Source: Alphaproteobacteria bacterium (GTDB lineage Bacteria > Pseudomonadota > Alphaproteobacteria > UBA7887). From it: a stretch of 17,907 nt of DNA. The position numbers and the translations under genes were made by a program. The stretch lies in NCBI GenBank assembly GCA_965216755.1, contig CBDCGL010000005.1, positions 1-17,907 on the forward strand, read 5' to 3'. Positions 14,923 through 17,907 of this stretch are shown here, one piece after another. Numbering within the stretch: the first letter of the stretch is position 1; each line of letters opens with the position of its first letter. The notes under the pieces were generated by a model. That model saw only the letters and a program-made list of their open reading frames with translations. It did no database searches and had not been told where the DNA came from.

Positions 14923-15327
14923 CTAATTGCTGTAGTAGCCTTTCGAATAGCGAAGCCACTCGCGCGCATGGTCAGACTCGATCATGACGCGCGCGATATC
15001 ACGACCGTCAGATAGTTCACATCGCGCGACAATGCGTCTGTAGTGGTCTGTATCTTGTTGGCGGCAGAAAAGCCTCTTTCCCAAAACAAGCGCCTTGAGC
15101 ACTAACGTCGCGGCGCCAGGGCCCGGTTCATTGATCTCGGGTGCGTCAATCGCCCAGAGGCGAATCTGTGGTTGAGCACCCTCGATATAGAGACTGTCGC
15201 CATCGGCCACGAAACGGACCGTGCCAGCGATATCCGTGGTCGCAGGCAAAGGCGGCGTCGGCTTGATGGCATAGTAGATCGCCACTGCGGCCAAAATGAC
15301 CCACCCTACTGTTGACCAATTAAACAT
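14923..15327 (-). CDS. Thermonuclease (SNase-family) protein with N-terminal membrane anchor
   Basis: VADGDSL, IRLWAIDAPE, D.Y.R.VARC and R..RYS.G.Y motifs; hydrophobic N-terminus from the ATG at 15327. Confidence 0.85.
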   Translation of the reverse strand: MFNWSTVGWVILAAVAIYYAIKPTPPLPATTDIAGTVRFVADGDSLYIEGAQPQIRLWAIDAPEINEPGPGAATLVLKALVLGKRLFCRQQDTDHYRRIVARCELSDGRDIARVMIESDHAREWLRYSKGYYSN

Positions 15328-15996
15328 GGCGCATCCGACAACGACTGGCCCCTTGAAGACCGAAACTGTGATGAAGGAGGTCAAACCGGTGTTCCCTAGT
15401 CCTGCTCGACATCGCGTGATTCGCATCTGATCGGGTTTGCCACGGCCCTGCCCTCACCAATTCAATGGACTACGGTGAGATTTGTGGGCGAACGGTGCAG
15501 GCTGGAGCCAGCAGAGGGAGCAATTGACCTGGTTGTGGCCGAATTGAGCGTGGTCTATCGATGAGCACCCCTTGCGAGTCCGTAAAAGATCAGCGCTCGA
15601 TATATCAGCAGCACTGTTGGTGGTGAAAGGTAGGCGATCGCAGCTAACAAACAGACCATCAAAAACACTGACCCGGAATTTTGTTTTTAGGGAACCCCTA
15701 TGCGAATTCCGGCCACGCGTAGCGTGGTCATAGTTGTCTCTCGCATTCTGTTTTCAGTGTAACCCCAAAGCCGACCAAAGCGTTTCCGATAAGCGAACCT
15801 GTCCAAATTGAGCGCGAAGCGCTCCCTGCGGAAGCAGGTTGATTTGGTAAGGGTGAGCGTTCGGATAGCGTCGGGATGGCTGAAGGGGGCGCTGACCAAC
15901 AATGAGGGATAAGAGTGGTTGTGGTTGTTTTTTGAGAATGAGTTGGGAGATGTGTTTGCCGAAGTATGTCGTTGCGATAACACGCGTGGGTCGAAG

Positions 15997-16043
15997 TTAT
16001 CCACAGATCGGCGTGTGTTAAATAGTGTTAATAGTAGTGTTAA
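15997..16043 (+). other. DnaA box and AT-rich unwinding element of oriV
   Basis: Perfect TTATCCACA at 15997-16005, then three GTGTTAA repeats (16015-16043); a second one-mismatch box ATATCCACA at 16168-16176. Confidence 0.75.
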
Positions 16044-16088
16044 GCGAATCAAGGTGGTCAGTAACACGTTGAAGCAAAAAATGGAATC

Positions 16089-16259
16089 GGTGCGAATTTA
16101 CGAAATCGGTGTGTGATATCACGAATCTTGGTGTGTGATATCCGGATTTGAGTGGGTGATATCACGAATATCCACAGGTTGGTGGGTGATATCACGAATA
16201 ATGTTTGACAATGGTGTGTGAAAGCACGAATGTGACTACATGGTGGGTGATATCACGAA
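16089..16259 (+). repeat. Iteron array (consensus GGTG(G/T)GTGATATCACGAA)
   Basis: Six 18-bp copies start at 16108, 16130, 16151, 16181, 16213 and 16242, plus a degenerate one at 16089, directly at the repA 5' end. Confidence 0.9.
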
Positions 16260-17316
16260 AACTGATCAGAGTTCACAATTTGCGCCAGATCGTCGCGTGC
16301 AACATGATCTCTTCATTTGCGACGTTGCAGACGCAGTTTTAAAAGACCTCATAGCGGAAATGGAGCACCCATTTTATTCACTATCAAAAAAACCCGAAAC
16401 AACTGTGAGACGTTATGAGCATAATGGTAATTGGATCGAAATAGTCCCAAGTGTAAAAGGATTAGCGACCATATACGATAAAGATATACTGATCTATTGT
16501 ATTTCACAAATTATGCATAAGATGAAGAATGGTGAGCCGTATGGACAGAGAATAAAGATTAACGCATACGATTTGCTGACATTCACCAATAAAGGTACGG
16601 GAGGGCGCGAGTATGCGGCGTTATGCGAGGGATTGGATCGGTTAGATGGTACTAGGATTCGGACGAATATTAAAACAGGTGATGAAGAGCAATTTGATAC
16701 GTTTGGATTGATTGATGCGGCGACGGTGCGGCGGAAATACGGGTTGGATGGCCGTTTGATGCACTGCGAGGTAAAGCTTTCAGACTGGGTGTTTAGTGCT
16801 ATCAAGGCGCAAGAGGTTCTGACGCTTCACAGGGACTATTTTCGGCTGAAGAGGCCAATAGAACGGCGCATTTATGAGCTAGCCCGCAAGCATTGCGGAA
16901 AGCAGCCCGAATGGCGTTGCTCCGTAAGCATCCTTCACAAAAAGTCGGGTTCTAAGGCGACGCTTAAAGAGTTTCGCCGCGCTATCCGGCGGCTTGTTGC
17001 TGACAATGAAATAGTTGCGAATGACGAGTTCGAGTTTCCGGACTATGCGGTGGAGCTGGATACAGGCGCGGATATGGTTGTCTTCAGCAACAAGGCGCTG
17101 GCGGCCAACAAAGGTTTGTGCGCCATAGATTTGATCAGGCTTGATCCCGAAACCTACCATGATGCGAGAGGAATCGCGCAAGGTTGGGATGTTCACTACC
17201 TGGAGCAAGAATGGCGCGACTGGATGGCCATGGGAAGCATGGATACCCCGGATAAACCGGACAGAGCGTTTCTAGGATTTTGCAGGAAATGGGTCGAGAG
17301 GCGGGGCCATCCGTAA
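16240..17316 (+). CDS. repA: Plasmid replication initiator protein A (RPA family)
   Basis: DLFICDVADAVLKD...MEHPFYSLSKKP, PSVKGLATIYDKDILIYCISQ and VLTLHRDYFRL.RP.ERR.YELARKHCG.Q motifs; adjacent iterons. Confidence 0.95.
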   Translation: MVGDITKTDQSSQFAPDRRVQHDLFICDVADAVLKDLIAEMEHPFYSLSKKPETTVRRYEHNGNWIEIVPSVKGLATIYDKDILIYCISQIMHKMKNGEPYGQRIKINAYDLLTFTNKGTGGREYAALCEGLDRLDGTRIRTNIKTGDEEQFDTFGLIDAATVRRKYGLDGRLMHCEVKLSDWVFSAIKAQEVLTLHRDYFRLKRPIERRIYELARKHCGKQPEWRCSVSILHKKSGSKATLKEFRRAIRRLVADNEIVANDEFEFPDYAVELDTGADMVVFSNKALAANKGLCAIDLIRLDPETYHDARGIAQGWDVHYLEQEWRDWMAMGSMDTPDKPDRAFLGFCRKWVERRGHP

Positions 17317-17364
17317 TGCAGGAACACCTTGGACGATCCAGCAAGGGTAGAGCATTGAATAGAA

Positions 17365-17631
17365 TTACCCGTGTCCCCTGCCCTCTTCATACGCATCGAG
17401 CGCGCGGCTTAACAGACCGATGAGACGCAGACCGTCGCGTTTGGCTATAGAACGGAATCTTGCGATTTCAGATGATGGGCCTTTGATATTTATTTGGCCT
17501 TCGGCTGGCTCACGACTTGGAAATCCGGAGGCGTGATCAATCGCGCGGCGCTGTGTGGGTTCCGAACGCGCCTGCGCTCTCGGCTTGTCTATCCCCTCAA
17601 AATTTAGAGAAGCTCGCACTTGGGTCGACAT
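17365..17631 (-). CDS. Small ribbon-helix-helix partition adaptor (ParG/stability-determinant-like)
   Basis: Translationally coupled to parA (TAATG); flexible N-terminus, SGFPSREP, then strand QINIK and two helices ending LLSRALDAYE. Confidence 0.75.
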   Translation of the reverse strand: MSTQVRASLNFEGIDKPRAQARSEPTQRRAIDHASGFPSREPAEGQINIKGPSSEIARFRSIAKRDGLRLIGLLSRALDAYEEGRGHG

Positions 17632-17907
17632 TACGCGACAGCCTTTACATCAGATGAAGTTAGCGCTTTGAGCTTGGCCACGGTCTCAGCGGCAAACTCG
17701 TATACATTGGTGATAGCCTTGTCGGTGTTGTTGACTGCAGTTGGGTTGAGGCCACGTACACTGCCGCCGGTCGTGTAGATTGCTGAGAACGCATCACGTT
17801 CATTAATTTCGGTTTCATAGACATCGATGTGCGGATTTTCTCGAAACTGCCGTGAAATATGCCGCGCGGTGCGTGACTTTGCGACAACCCTGGTCCGCGT
17901 GAACAAG
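17631..17907 (-). CDS. parA: ParA-family partition ATPase, C-terminal part (truncated by the window edge)
   Basis: LFTRT...ETEINERDAFSAI...GG......KA..N...FA.E matches the C-terminus of type Ib ParA proteins; lies next to repA and an RHH gene. Confidence 0.75.
   Translation of the reverse strand, partial: LFTRTRVVAKSRTARHISRQFRENPHIDVYETEINERDAFSAIYTTGGSVRGLNPTAVNNTDKAITNVYEFAAETVAKLKALTSSDVKAVA

Noticed and set aside
16089-16259. Repeat array as CRISPR
   Set aside because: Spacers are only 3-14 bp, no cas genes are present, and it adjoins repA and DnaA boxes, so these are iterons.

Overview
Mosaic segment of an alphaproteobacterial plasmid. The right end holds the backbone: an RPA-family RepA replicase (16240-17316) with its iteron/DnaA-box origin, plus a convergent type Ib partition pair (partial ParA and a small RHH adaptor). 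The rest is accessory and stability cargo: a 5'-truncated trypsin-like protease, two serine resolvases with res-like sites, a low-GC 427-aa protein with a HEPN-like RxxxxH motif, a higBA toxin-antitoxin pair followed by an apparently chimeric antitoxin-like ORF, a small phage-like operon behind a long hairpin leader, an HNH-type gene behind a LexA box, a membrane-anchored pentapeptide-repeat protein, a class II Fic protein, a thermonuclease and several hypothetical proteins. The best leads are the candidate HEPN defence RNase, a degenerate second copy of a resolvase crossover site bracketing a 2.3-kb module, a dif-like site and an orphan palindromic site at module borders, the three-part antitoxin chimera, and hairpin leaders in front of tiny genes that resemble ssDNA-promoter elements. 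All family assignments come from motif recognition by eye; no database searches were run.
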